This document shows positions 38,539 through 47,677 of a stretch of 64,000 nt of DNA, in pieces. The stretch is from a virus. Numbering within the stretch: the stretch's first letter is position 1; the number at the start of each line of letters is the position of its first letter. The notes beneath the pieces are model-generated. The model saw only the letters and a program-made list of their open reading frames with translations. It was not told the origin of the DNA and made no database searches. The DNA is taken from the IMG/VR virus record IMGVR_UViG_3300005264_000040, positions 113,769 to 177,768 of that record; one strand, given 5' to 3'. Made by a program: the position numbers and the translations under genes.

Positions 38539-41500
38539 TCACTCCCAATGTAAAGAATTATCATTTTGAATTTCATCTAAATCTCTTGGATCATTAATTA
38601 CAACTTTTGCATAAGTATAATAAATATCTAATACACCTTCTGCGTTTTGATATGTTACATTGCCATTTTTAACAATACGTCTTACTATATCTTTATCTAA
38701 TAAATTTTGTACAAGTTTTTCATCTATTTTGTACAAATAAGCCATACTATAAGAATCTAAATTTTCTTCCATTCCAGGTAATGTAATGATTTTATCTGAA
38801 TAATTCACAAATTTTAAAGCTTCTACTTCTAATACCAAAACGACTTGTGAATCTATTTCATTTTTTTCTCTGTAGAAAATATGAACATCAGAATAAAGTT
38901 TCCTATAACTCATTGTAATTGGAATTGTTGTACTTATTATTTCATTTTGCAATTCTTTCTGAATCGCATATTTTGCATCTATAATTTGAGGTAATTTGTG
39001 ACTAAGTATAAGTTGTAATTCTACATTGTTTTGCAATATTCCATAATTACTGTTAAATGTGTTTATGTTTATATCATCAATTATCTGAGATTTAGAATAA
39101 ACACTTAATAATTTCATTTTTGGATTATCGTTTATAATCTGAGAATTTATTGTGATTGTTTTTTTGATTTCATATTGAAGTTCCATTAATATATTTTTAC
39201 TTTTGTTTATAGTTTTTAATATTGTTAAAGCTTTAATTTGGTTATTCCTAAACAAATGATAAATAGGTCTTTCTACAACTGTAGTATAAACATTTTTTTC
39301 TACGAGAGTTACTATTTTATTATGTGCTTCCAAAATTATACTTCTTAATTTTGAAGTTGCATATATTGCGTTTATTGTGTTTGATTTCATAATTTCTTTT
39401 AAATATAAATCCATTTGCAGATTGATCATCTTTCTCATATTCAAAATAATATCTGAGCAAAATTCAACTGCTGTTTTTGAATAAATAGAATTATTTGTTC
39501 CTATTCCTTTTGTGTCTAGGATTCCTAACAATTTAGAATAAGAACCAACTAACATTGTATCTTTCGCTATATATTGAGTTTCCAAATAAAGCTTTTTTCT
39601 TTCACTATGATAAATTGTGCATTCTATGTTTTTTTCATGTTTGACGATTTGTTTCACTCTGCTATTAAAACTTAAAAATTTGGTTTTTAAGAAGAATAGA
39701 TATAATTGATAATACTTAGGTAATTCCTTCAAAGGAGTTGTTCTTATTAAGAATTCCGGATAATCTCTAACATCGTTATAAATAGCCCACATTGAACCAT
39801 GTATAAAATAAATTTCCTTATTTGGATTATAACGAGAAAATTCAAACCAAGCTGGAGTTTCTACTCCATATACAAAAGAATTTGTTGTGTATTCTTGCTC
39901 AAAAAGCACATCAGTTCCTTCAAATTGCAAAACATGATAAGCTGGAATAGCAACTTTCTTTCCTCTTAAATTTACAGTTATCGTTGAAGAAGTTGGATTT
40001 ACAACGTTTGTTGAAGGAATATATTGAATTTCATAGGCTACAGCCCCTATTTCTATTTTATTCACAAAAGTAGATTTAGCTATTGCTTTTACATTTTTAT
40101 AACTAACAGTGTTAAATAGCAAATGTGTATTTAAATTATTATTTGATGAAAAGGTACCACACAAAATCCCATTAAGTTCTAAATTCCATTTTGCTGTAAT
40201 ATTTTCATATATATCCATGCCTAATTCTTGTGAAACTACTTTAAAAATATCAGCTAATATAGGAGCTTTTGGTCGTGGTAATATTATCATATCAGATTCA
40301 AAATAATTAGATATTTTAGATACTATAGAAGTATAGTAAATATCAATAAACGCTTTTTGTAAAGGTGAAACTTTTTTTAACCAAGAATAAATTCCTCTAT
40401 AATTATGATCGTCATAAAAAGCTACTTCAGATACTATCGTTTTCTTTTTTAAGAAAGTTAATGAAGTAGCAACATCCAAGTTGTTTTCTTGGGTTATTAT
40501 CCTTGCTATTTTAATATCTAAAAATTTCTGCATTCTATAAAACTTTGATATTATTGCTCCAATAAAAATAGAAACATCTTCTATTTTAGAAACTCCAACT
40601 TTTAAATCTTTTTTTGTTGATAAATTAGGCCACAAAACATATGCTGTGAAATCTATATTTGGTATGTATTTAGGAGCAAAAATATAAACACTAGCTGGAT
40701 GTGCTTTGTCTGTATCTGTTCCTACAGGTATGATTGCATTAGGATAGAAAATTTGATACCCTTTTAAAAATACAATATTTCCCCAAGTATCACCATGTCC
40801 TAAATAAATCAAACCTTCCATAAACTTGCTATATGAATGCAAAGAGTCATAAATTTCAAAAGAATCATACCCAGAAAAAGCTAATAATTTATAAGGATCA
40901 AACCATGTTCCGTAAAAATAAGAATAATTATATTTAAATGGTTCGGATATAGGAACTATTCTTTCTCCATCATCTGACGGTTTTACATATATTGTAGAAC
41001 GTCTTGTTCCGGATTTTGCAAAAACAGGCAGAAAATTCGGATTATATTGTACTATTGCTGGTTGTGGGAAAAAACCTTGCATGTAATCAGGCAAGAAACC
41101 AAATAAATCAGTCATTGATTTTTTATCTTTTACTGTTATTTCCTTTGTGCTTAAATCTATATTCAAAAGATATACAAATCTATCTGAAGTTAAAATTAAC
41201 CTTGTATTACCTACCCAAGCACCTACATAAGGTGTATTTAAAATTAAAGCAAAACCGTAATCATCTATTACGGTTGCAGGTCCCATATCATATCCAGTAA
41301 CATGCCAATCATTAAAGTCTTGCCCAAAACTTATATATCTTATTTCTTTTGAAGTATAGATAGAGTTAGATGTTGCATTTATAATCAACATCTTATTATT
41401 AGGAGAAAAAACTATAGGAGAACTTACCATGTAAGGTGGAAACCCACCTATTAACCTTACTTCTCCTGTTCCATTATTAATTTCTATCAAATAAGTTTCT

Positions 41501-41934
41501 GGAGCTAACCTGTTGAAAAAATACATATACCTTTCGTTAGAAAAGAAAGGCACAGGGATTAAACCATTTGGAATATCTATCTCAAATGGAAAGTCAAATC
41601 TGTAAGGAGTAAAAGATGTTAATGTTGGATCTTGAATTTCATCAAGTCTCAACAACGTAATATGATCAGAAGCTATTTCTAAAGTACCAGATACATTATT
41701 TCCTGAAACTTGTCCAGGAAAGTTTCCAATTCTATAAAAGTTTAAGTTCCTATCTTTTATGTAATCATATAATAAAGCATTAGGTTGTATCTCAATTTGG
41801 AATGTTCCAGTGCCAGCATATGGATACAACCACATTTTATTTAAATCATCACTGCTTCTAACTATACCTATATTTTCTTTCCCGGATACAAAATGGATAC
41901 GGTATCCACCAAAATTATATATCATATCCGCCAC
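38539..41934 (-). CDS. Fibre-family paralogue with beta-propeller-like N-terminus, repeat shaft and IND anchor motif
   Basis: 1131 aa; GAGGTGG RBS; C-terminal LDIYYTYAKVVINDPRDLDEI. Confidence 0.62.
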   Translation of the reverse strand: MADMIYNFGGYRIHFVSGKENIGIVRSSDDLNKMWLYPYAGTGTFQIEIQPNALLYDYIKDRNLNFYRIGNFPGQVSGNNVSGTLEIASDHITLLRLDEIQDPTLTSFTPYRFDFPFEIDIPNGLIPVPFFSNERYMYFFNRLAPETYLIEINNGTGEVRLIGGFPPYMVSSPIVFSPNNKMLIINATSNSIYTSKEIRYISFGQDFNDWHVTGYDMGPATVIDDYGFALILNTPYVGAWVGNTRLILTSDRFVYLLNIDLSTKEITVKDKKSMTDLFGFLPDYMQGFFPQPAIVQYNPNFLPVFAKSGTRRSTIYVKPSDDGERIVPISEPFKYNYSYFYGTWFDPYKLLAFSGYDSFEIYDSLHSYSKFMEGLIYLGHGDTWGNIVFLKGYQIFYPNAIIPVGTDTDKAHPASVYIFAPKYIPNIDFTAYVLWPNLSTKKDLKVGVSKIEDVSIFIGAIISKFYRMQKFLDIKIARIITQENNLDVATSLTFLKKKTIVSEVAFYDDHNYRGIYSWLKKVSPLQKAFIDIYYTSIVSKISNYFESDMIILPRPKAPILADIFKVVSQELGMDIYENITAKWNLELNGILCGTFSSNNNLNTHLLFNTVSYKNVKAIAKSTFVNKIEIGAVAYEIQYIPSTNVVNPTSSTITVNLRGKKVAIPAYHVLQFEGTDVLFEQEYTTNSFVYGVETPAWFEFSRYNPNKEIYFIHGSMWAIYNDVRDYPEFLIRTTPLKELPKYYQLYLFFLKTKFLSFNSRVKQIVKHEKNIECTIYHSERKKLYLETQYIAKDTMLVGSYSKLLGILDTKGIGTNNSIYSKTAVEFCSDIILNMRKMINLQMDLYLKEIMKSNTINAIYATSKLRSIILEAHNKIVTLVEKNVYTTVVERPIYHLFRNNQIKALTILKTINKSKNILMELQYEIKKTITINSQIINDNPKMKLLSVYSKSQIIDDININTFNSNYGILQNNVELQLILSHKLPQIIDAKYAIQKELQNEIISTTIPITMSYRKLYSDVHIFYREKNEIDSQVVLVLEVEALKFVNYSDKIITLPGMEENLDSYSMAYLYKIDEKLVQNLLDKDIVRRIVKNGNVTYQNAEGVLDIYYTYAKVVINDPRDLDEIQNDNSLHWE

Positions 41935-41956
41935 CTCGTTCTTTTCTTTTCACATT

Positions 41957-41987
41957 ATTATATCACACAAAAAAGTTAATATGCTAA
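41957..41987 (-). promoter_or_regulatory. TTAGCA-N16-TGATATAAT promoter
   Basis: attatatca 41957-41965; tgctaa 41982-41987. Confidence 0.75.
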
Positions 41988-42031
41988 TAACAGTTTTCGG
42001 ATACTTTCTTAACAAAGAGGACATATGTACT

Positions 42032-42049
42032 TAATATGGCGTACATATT
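42032..42049. repeat. Third copy of the taatatggcgtacatatt motif found at 8074-8095 and 8321-8342
   Basis: Exact reverse complement of 8321-8338. Confidence 0.85.
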
Positions 42050-42171
42050 TCAATGGAAATATCACTGTAATGTGCATAAACAGTACTTTTAAACGTATGG
42101 TCTTGACATTTACATACCACTCTTAGAAAGGCATTTCTATACTGTTTATTATACGATCGTCGCAAATCCGC

Positions 42172-42252
42172 TATTCAAAGGGGTGCAAATGACGGGCAAC
42201 GACTCTATTATATATATATAATAGGACCGTTGAACGTCAAACGCACCCCTAT
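42172..42252. repeat. 81-bp pseudo-palindromic element, copy 2 (inverted relative to 8244-8324)
   Basis: Base-for-base reverse complement of copy 1, including the (TA)6 core (palindrome 42205-42224). Confidence 0.95.
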
Positions 42253-42404
42253 TACGTGTTTATTAAACAGGGTAGATAAAGCAAAGATATGAATACGAAA
42301 AAAAATAACGTAAGCCTTATATTTATCGAATTTATGTTTGATTTTTGTTGTTAAATATGGTAAAATTAAAAAGAGAATTCATAAATAAGGAAGGAGAGGT
42401 AGCT

Positions 42405-43004
42405 GTGTTTGAGGAGACTATACGATTAGTAAATGTAAATATTCCAGATTATGAAATTGCAAAATTAGCAAGAATTAGCCATGGGGGGAATTTTTACGAA
42501 TTCAGTACAGAAGATGATGTGCAACTTTTAAAAAGGTTATGGAAAATGGGACACTATACGCCATTTGAATTCCAACAATTTATATTTTATGTGAAAGTAC
42601 CTATTTATACACAAAGGCAGCTTATGAGACATAGAACGTCTTCTTATATTGAACGTTCTTTGAGATATGTAAAATTAAACAAGAATAAAAATTATTTTTA
42701 TTTTGAACCTGAATGGGATGAAAGTGTAAAAGAATTTTACGAAGAAGCTTATAAAAAATATACTGAACTGTTAGAAAAAGGGTATAAAGCTGAAGAGGCA
42801 CGTGTAGTTTTACCACTAGGACTTATGACTGAATTTTATTGGAGAATTGATGCAAGAAACTTATTCAATTTTTTGAAACTCAGATTAGATAATCATGCTC
42901 AGAAAAATATAAGAGTAGTTGCTAATGAGATTATGGAGATTCTAAAAAACAATAAAAACACAAAAAATTTATATGAGATATATAAAGAAGCGTTAAAAAT
43001 CTGA
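42405..43004 (+). CDS. thyX: Flavin-dependent thymidylate synthase
   Basis: GHYTPFEF and RQLMRHRTSSYIERSLRY (RHRx7SxR motif), EEARVVLP, and NLFNFLKLRLDNHAQ. Start moved to GTG 42405 behind a GGAGAGGT RBS; TGGTAAAAT at 42358. Confidence 0.95.
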   Translation: MFEETIRLVNVNIPDYEIAKLARISHGGNFYEFSTEDDVQLLKRLWKMGHYTPFEFQQFIFYVKVPIYTQRQLMRHRTSSYIERSLRYVKLNKNKNYFYFEPEWDESVKEFYEEAYKKYTELLEKGYKAEEARVVLPLGLMTEFYWRIDARNLFNFLKLRLDNHAQKNIRVVANEIMEILKNNKNTKNLYEIYKEALKI

Positions 43005-43020
43005 AGGTGGTGAAACTATT

Positions 43021-43485
43021 GTGCTGAAATATACTATATTGTCTTTAAAGGTACAAGATATCAACGAGTTGTACATAGAAAACATTCTAGTGCAAAAATC
43101 AAGGATAGCGTACGCAAATATTAGAAAATATGATAATCTTTTAATACCTAAAAGTGCTCAATTTGTATCTACTCCAAATTGGGAAATAGGAACTGAAGTA
43201 AAAGCATTATATAAAATGAAAGTGTATAAATCATATCCCGCAGATAATTCAAAAGTTTCAGCAGGTGTAGTGATTGGAATGAGCCAATATTTTCCTTATT
43301 ATTTTGCAACAGTATATGTAGGAGAACAACCGTTTAATAAAGTAGAAAAGCATTTAGCTCAAAAAATAATATCTTTAAGTTTCGAAAAAAATATAGTAAT
43401 AAGCGAATTCGTTTCAAATTCAATTACAGCAAAAGGGCCAGATATGGTTGGACTAATGGCGGGGGTGTTTTTGTGGGAGGAATAA
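43021..43485 (+). CDS. Hypothetical protein (154 aa)
   Basis: GTG start with a GAAGGTGG RBS, in an operon with thyX. Confidence 0.6.
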   Translation: MLKYTILSLKVQDINELYIENILVQKSRIAYANIRKYDNLLIPKSAQFVSTPNWEIGTEVKALYKMKVYKSYPADNSKVSAGVVIGMSQYFPYYFATVYVGEQPFNKVEKHLAQKIISLSFEKNIVISEFVSNSITAKGPDMVGLMAGVFLWEE

Positions 43486-44069
43486 ATAAATTTTGGTCAG
43501 GTAATAAAAATTCAGTTTTTAAAACATTGGGAGCAAGTAATCATGTGGATGCTGAAAGAGAACAACATGATTATTACGCAACAGAACCACGAGCTACTGA
43601 ATTGTTGATGGAATTAGAAACGTTTAATGAAAATATAATGGAACCAGCGTGTGGTGAGGGGCATATGGCTGAAGTTTTAAAGAAACATGGATATAATGTA
43701 GTTGCTTTTGATTTAATAGATAGAGGATATGGAAAAGTAATGGATTTTTTTCAGGTCAAAGAATGGGAAGGAGATATTATAACAAATCCACCTTATAAAT
43801 ATGCACAAAAATTCGTAGAACATGCTCTAGAAATCATTCCTGAAGGAAATAAAATCGCATTCTTTTTAAAGATTTTATTTTTAGAAGGGAAAGCAAGAAG
43901 GAAGCTATTCGAAAAGAATCCTCCAAAATATGTATATGTTTCTTCATCACGATTAAAATGTGCTAAAAATGGAGATTTTGAAAACTTTGGTAGTAGTGCG
44001 GTTGCTTATGCATGGTTTGTATGGACAAAAGGATATAAAGGCGAAACCATTTTAAAATGGTTCAATTAA
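43473..44069 (+). CDS. Small orphan N6-adenine DNA methyltransferase
   Basis: SAM-binding MEPACGEG (motif I) followed by DIITNPPY (motif IV). Confidence 0.82.
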   Translation: MGGINKFWSGNKNSVFKTLGASNHVDAEREQHDYYATEPRATELLMELETFNENIMEPACGEGHMAEVLKKHGYNVVAFDLIDRGYGKVMDFFQVKEWEGDIITNPPYKYAQKFVEHALEIIPEGNKIAFFLKILFLEGKARRKLFEKNPPKYVYVSSSRLKCAKNGDFENFGSSAVAYAWFVWTKGYKGETILKWFN

Positions 44070-44083
44070 GGAGTTGAGAAAAT

Positions 44084-44875
44084 ATGAAGTTAATTGCAAA
44101 GTCTTTAGGAAAATTGCAAGAACCTACTGATAATGTTACAAGAATTTCGTTTAATACGGTTTCAGGAAAAATATATGCAGCATGGCCTATTGATGACGAA
44201 ATATCTGTAAAAACCACACCCGGAGATGATTCCGATTACTTAGATTTTGATATACCTTTTGAATTTTATTTGACAGAAGCAAATAGGGGTTTATATGTAA
44301 GAGACAATATATTAGCAAGAGGTTGGCCTCCTTCTTTGCAAAGTCTTTTTGATTATACAATAGGAGAAGAAAAAGAAATACACGCTGTAATACCAAGTGA
44401 TTCAAATTTGGAAAGCAAATATGCAGAAGTTAGATTATATAAAGTTGAGGATTTTGATGAAACGGGTACTTTAGTTAAAACGATAATGGAGGATTTAAAC
44501 GATAATACTTTTGATATTAAATTTCAAGATTTAATTGTAGAACCTGGGTTATACAAGCTTAGAATCTTTAATTACGACTTAGGAAAACTTACAATAGATA
44601 TTACTGCAAGAGAGAAAACAAAAGAAGAAGAAACAGAAGCTACTTTAGGGATGGGACAAAAATTAATGTCAGATGCAGATAATGCACAAAAAGTTATGGA
44701 ACTATTCAACAAAGCTGGATTAAACATGCAAGAAATAGGAGGCTTAACTCCTACACAAGCTGCAAAATTTGCTGACTGGATTAATCAAGTTAATAGTTTT
44801 TATAACGATACTACGAACTATAATCCGGAAGATGAATTAGATTTAATTAATAAATTAAAAAATATTATGAATTAA
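44084..44875 (+). CDS. Hypothetical protein (263 aa), beta-rich N-terminus
   Basis: AAGGAG RBS; no recognised family. Confidence 0.6.
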   Translation: MKLIAKSLGKLQEPTDNVTRISFNTVSGKIYAAWPIDDEISVKTTPGDDSDYLDFDIPFEFYLTEANRGLYVRDNILARGWPPSLQSLFDYTIGEEKEIHAVIPSDSNLESKYAEVRLYKVEDFDETGTLVKTIMEDLNDNTFDIKFQDLIVEPGLYKLRIFNYDLGKLTIDITAREKTKEEETEATLGMGQKLMSDADNAQKVMELFNKAGLNMQEIGGLTPTQAAKFADWINQVNSFYNDTTNYNPEDELDLINKLKNIMN

Positions 44876-44878
44876 GAC

Positions 44879-44908
44879 TTAGCATTTTATTTTTTGATAT
44901 GGTATAAT
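44879..44908 (+). promoter_or_regulatory. TTAGCA-N15-TGGTATAAT promoter
   Basis: ttagca 44879-44884; tggtataat 44900-44908. Confidence 0.7.
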
Positions 44909-44944
44909 AAATTAAGAAAAATATTTTATGGAGGTGTATGAAAT

Positions 44945-45424
44945 ATGTTATCATGGAAAGTAGTAGATATAGAAGGAAATGAATATGAAAATGTAACTCC
45001 AAGTACTTATTATTCAAAAACATCTTCACCTATATCTAAAATTATAATAGATTCAGGTGTTACTCCAGATGTTTTAGATCAAGTAGTTGTTGATTTAGAA
45101 AACAAAAATTATACAATAGGTGAAAAATTAGAAACAGTAGTAGGACCAGATTACACAGTATCTTTCTCACCTTCTGAACCAATAGAAATGGTATGGTTTG
45201 CCAAAAGTATTTTAGATATACCTACATTTTCAGCTGCTTCAACAACTGAAAAGAAAGGTTTATTCTTATGTGTAAGAAGTCAAAGCGAGCCTTCCAAGCA
45301 ATTAATTTTAGTTGTTAATGGAGCTGGATTTGTAATAGAAAACGTAGATTCTTCTATTTTAGGAATAGATTGGGATTCTAAGTTTTCAATGTTGCAATCA
45401 ATAAAAAGCAAATATTCAGGCTGA
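44945..45424 (+). CDS. Hypothetical, probably structural protein (159 aa)
   Basis: GGAGGTG RBS; structural-class promoter. Confidence 0.6.
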   Translation: MLSWKVVDIEGNEYENVTPSTYYSKTSSPISKIIIDSGVTPDVLDQVVVDLENKNYTIGEKLETVVGPDYTVSFSPSEPIEMVWFAKSILDIPTFSAASTTEKKGLFLCVRSQSEPSKQLILVVNGAGFVIENVDSSILGIDWDSKFSMLQSIKSKYSG

Positions 45425-45446
45425 GGGTTTTAAACCCTCGCTTTTT
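45423..45446 (+). terminator. Intrinsic terminator
   Basis: gagggtt/aaccctc stem plus gcttttt. Confidence 0.6.
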
Positions 45447-45469
45447 CCTTAAAGGAGAGTGATTAAGAA

Positions 45470-46324
45470 ATGACAAAGTTGCAATTTATAAAAAAATATG
45501 CGGCTGCAGGCACTATTCCTATAGATGATGATTTTGACTGGGATAATTTTAGTTGGAAGAAGAAAGACTCCAATAATTTTAATACAAAGGCCTGGAATTT
45601 AGCCGATGAATATAATCTCATAACAAAAGAAAAGAGCAAATCATTTAAAAGAGGATTAGGAATAGGAGCAGGAAGTACTGCAGCTTTAGGGTTAGGTGCT
45701 GCATATTTGTTATCGAAAAGCAAAAAGAAAAAGAAACAACAAGAATTGGTTACCGACGAAAAACAAAAAAACACACCTGCAGATTCGATTTTTGATTTTC
45801 AAATAGAACCTGAAAAAGAAAATAAGAAAATGGCTTCATTAATGGACTCAAATACAAAATTAGACAAAAAATTAGAAAAAGAGTTTGAAAAAACAGCGGG
45901 TATAACTACCGTTTTCAGACCTACTTTTTGGAAAAATCTGAAAAAACTCAAAACCATAAGAGGTGCTGCAGATGTAACAAAAGCCACAGTCAAAAGAAAA
46001 AAAGCAGATAAATTATTAAAGGTAATGCAAGAAAGGCTAAAACAAGATCCAGCAGATGAAGAAGCATTAAAATATTTGAATGCATACAAAAAACGTTTTA
46101 GACCAGAACCACCAGAACCGCCACGCGCACCGGAAACACCAGAAGTACCACAACAACCACAACAAAAGAATAATTATTCTCATAGAATAGCTGCGGGTTT
46201 AGGAGCAGCTGCAGGCTTTGCTGGAGGTACTTTCCTTCATTCTCAATATAGAAAAAAGATAGACGAAGAAGCAAGAAGAAGGGCTCAATCACAAAACCCT
46301 GGCATTCAAGTCTATCATTTATAA
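45470..46324 (+). CDS. Basic protein with two Gly/Ala-rich hydrophobic segments; possible internal virion/ejection protein
   Basis: GLGIGAGSTAALGLGAAYLL and IAAGLGAAAGFAGGTFL, each followed by a basic run; PEP/PQQ linker; KYAA/KMAS/KTAG motifs. Confidence 0.55.
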   Translation: MTKLQFIKKYAAAGTIPIDDDFDWDNFSWKKKDSNNFNTKAWNLADEYNLITKEKSKSFKRGLGIGAGSTAALGLGAAYLLSKSKKKKKQQELVTDEKQKNTPADSIFDFQIEPEKENKKMASLMDSNTKLDKKLEKEFEKTAGITTVFRPTFWKNLKKLKTIRGAADVTKATVKRKKADKLLKVMQERLKQDPADEEALKYLNAYKKRFRPEPPEPPRAPETPEVPQQPQQKNNYSHRIAAGLGAAAGFAGGTFLHSQYRKKIDEEARRRAQSQNPGIQVYHL

Positions 46325-46339
46325 GGTAGGTGTTAAAAT

Positions 46340-46783
46340 ATGAAAGGCCCTTATGAACCAGCAACAGATGAATTAGATAAATTAGTAGATAGTTATTTTA
46401 AAAGCAAAAGTAAAAGTGGTAGAACTCCTACTTTAGTAGAAAAACTCACTATAGGAACTACTGCTGAAAACTTTGTTAAAAGAATAGGGAAGGGAATGGC
46501 ATATACAACTGCTCCACAAAGAATTTGGGATTTTAGAGTAAAACCGTTTTTAAAAACTACGACAAAAGCTCCATTTTTATATAGTAAAGCCAAAAGAGGT
46601 ATAAGAGCAACAGCGGGTACTTTGCCTTATGTAGCTGCTGCAAGTTTAGGCCTTTACGGAGCCAATAAATTAATAAAAAAAATAAGATCAAAAAAAGAAG
46701 GAAGCGCATATACAGAAGAAAACATATTTAAAGGAGCAAGTTTAGCGAAAAGATTGGAATTAAAAGTCAAGGGGGAAAATTGA
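46340..46783 (+). CDS. Small basic paralogue-like protein with one Gly/Ala-rich hydrophobic segment
   Basis: AGTLPYVAAASLGLYGANKLIKKIRSKK resembles the segments in 45470..46324. Confidence 0.55.
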   Translation: MKGPYEPATDELDKLVDSYFKSKSKSGRTPTLVEKLTIGTTAENFVKRIGKGMAYTTAPQRIWDFRVKPFLKTTTKAPFLYSKAKRGIRATAGTLPYVAAASLGLYGANKLIKKIRSKKEGSAYTEENIFKGASLAKRLELKVKGEN

Positions 46784-46784
46784 G

Positions 46785-47450
46785 ATGCTAAAACTCCAAT
46801 ATAACAAAGAAGGAGTATGGACAGATATTCAATACATGGATATTACAAAATATGATAGTTCTAAGACAGAATGGCTTACACATATTGTGTATAATGCAAA
46901 TTGGTTATATAAAATGATATTAATAGATGGAGAAGACGCTGCTACTAAAGTAACGGATCCTGATAATTATAATATTGAAGATTATATAGAAAAAGATAAC
47001 ACTACCGGTTTTGCAATTGTCAAATGGGCAGATCTAATAGCTGCAGGAGTTTCTATGGATGCTAATACATATGTAGCTCTTGTAGGAACCACTAATACAT
47101 CTATCCCAGAGTTTCAAGTTACTATTAATACCGCTTTCCCAGAAAGCGAATACACATTAAGAGCTCCAATGAGAGTAAAAGCTGAAGGAAATAGTTATTC
47201 TAATGTTGCAATCGAATTGGTAGATATGAATCCAAATGGAGGGTTAGCAACTAGTACTAATGAAGATAATAGAGTATATTTAATTGATTCACAAAATACA
47301 GCTACATTACAAATTACTTTAGATGCAGGAACTGTTTTAAATGACGGTTCATCTATAGAATTTGATATGGTTGTCGCAGTAAAAGGAGATTTTGAAGCAG
47401 GATATTATAGAGATGTAGTTTTGACAGTGTCAGGAGAAGTAGTATCCTAA
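46785..47450 (+). CDS. Beta-rich (Ig-like?) putative virion protein
   Basis: 221 aa with an alternating beta-strand pattern; RBS AAGGGG. Confidence 0.5.
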   Translation: MLKLQYNKEGVWTDIQYMDITKYDSSKTEWLTHIVYNANWLYKMILIDGEDAATKVTDPDNYNIEDYIEKDNTTGFAIVKWADLIAAGVSMDANTYVALVGTTNTSIPEFQVTINTAFPESEYTLRAPMRVKAEGNSYSNVAIELVDMNPNGGLATSTNEDNRVYLIDSQNTATLQITLDAGTVLNDGSSIEFDMVVAVKGDFEAGYYRDVVLTVSGEVVS

Positions 47451-47464
47451 AATGAGGCGATAAA

Positions 47465-47677
47465 ATGTTGTTTGAAAATTCTGGAATTTATTCTTTTACG
47501 AAAAATTTCAACAATTTGAAAATAAAAATAAAATCAACAGTTCCAATAGATTTACAGTTGGAACTGTTTTCCTATTTCTTACCAGTTGTAGAGCTCGAAA
47601 CATATACACCAACTCCTATTAATAGAAGTATAGAAGAGGTTGAAGCTCCTTTACTTCATATAAGGAGTGATGGATGA
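47465..47677 (+). CDS. Small hypothetical protein (70 aa)
   Basis: GAGG RBS; fills the gap between two operon genes. Confidence 0.45.
   Translation: MLFENSGIYSFTKNFNNLKIKIKSTVPIDLQLELFSYFLPVVELETYTPTPINRSIEEVEAPLLHIRSDG

Noticed and set aside
42405-44069. Assigning a host from thyX, promoters and GC-rich RNA stems
   Set aside because: Strong GGAGG SD sites, TGnTATAAT promoters and GC-rich stems fit Bacillota or Thermotogota-like, possibly thermophilic hosts, but nothing here discriminates. It would need a ThyX phylogeny or CRISPR spacer matches.
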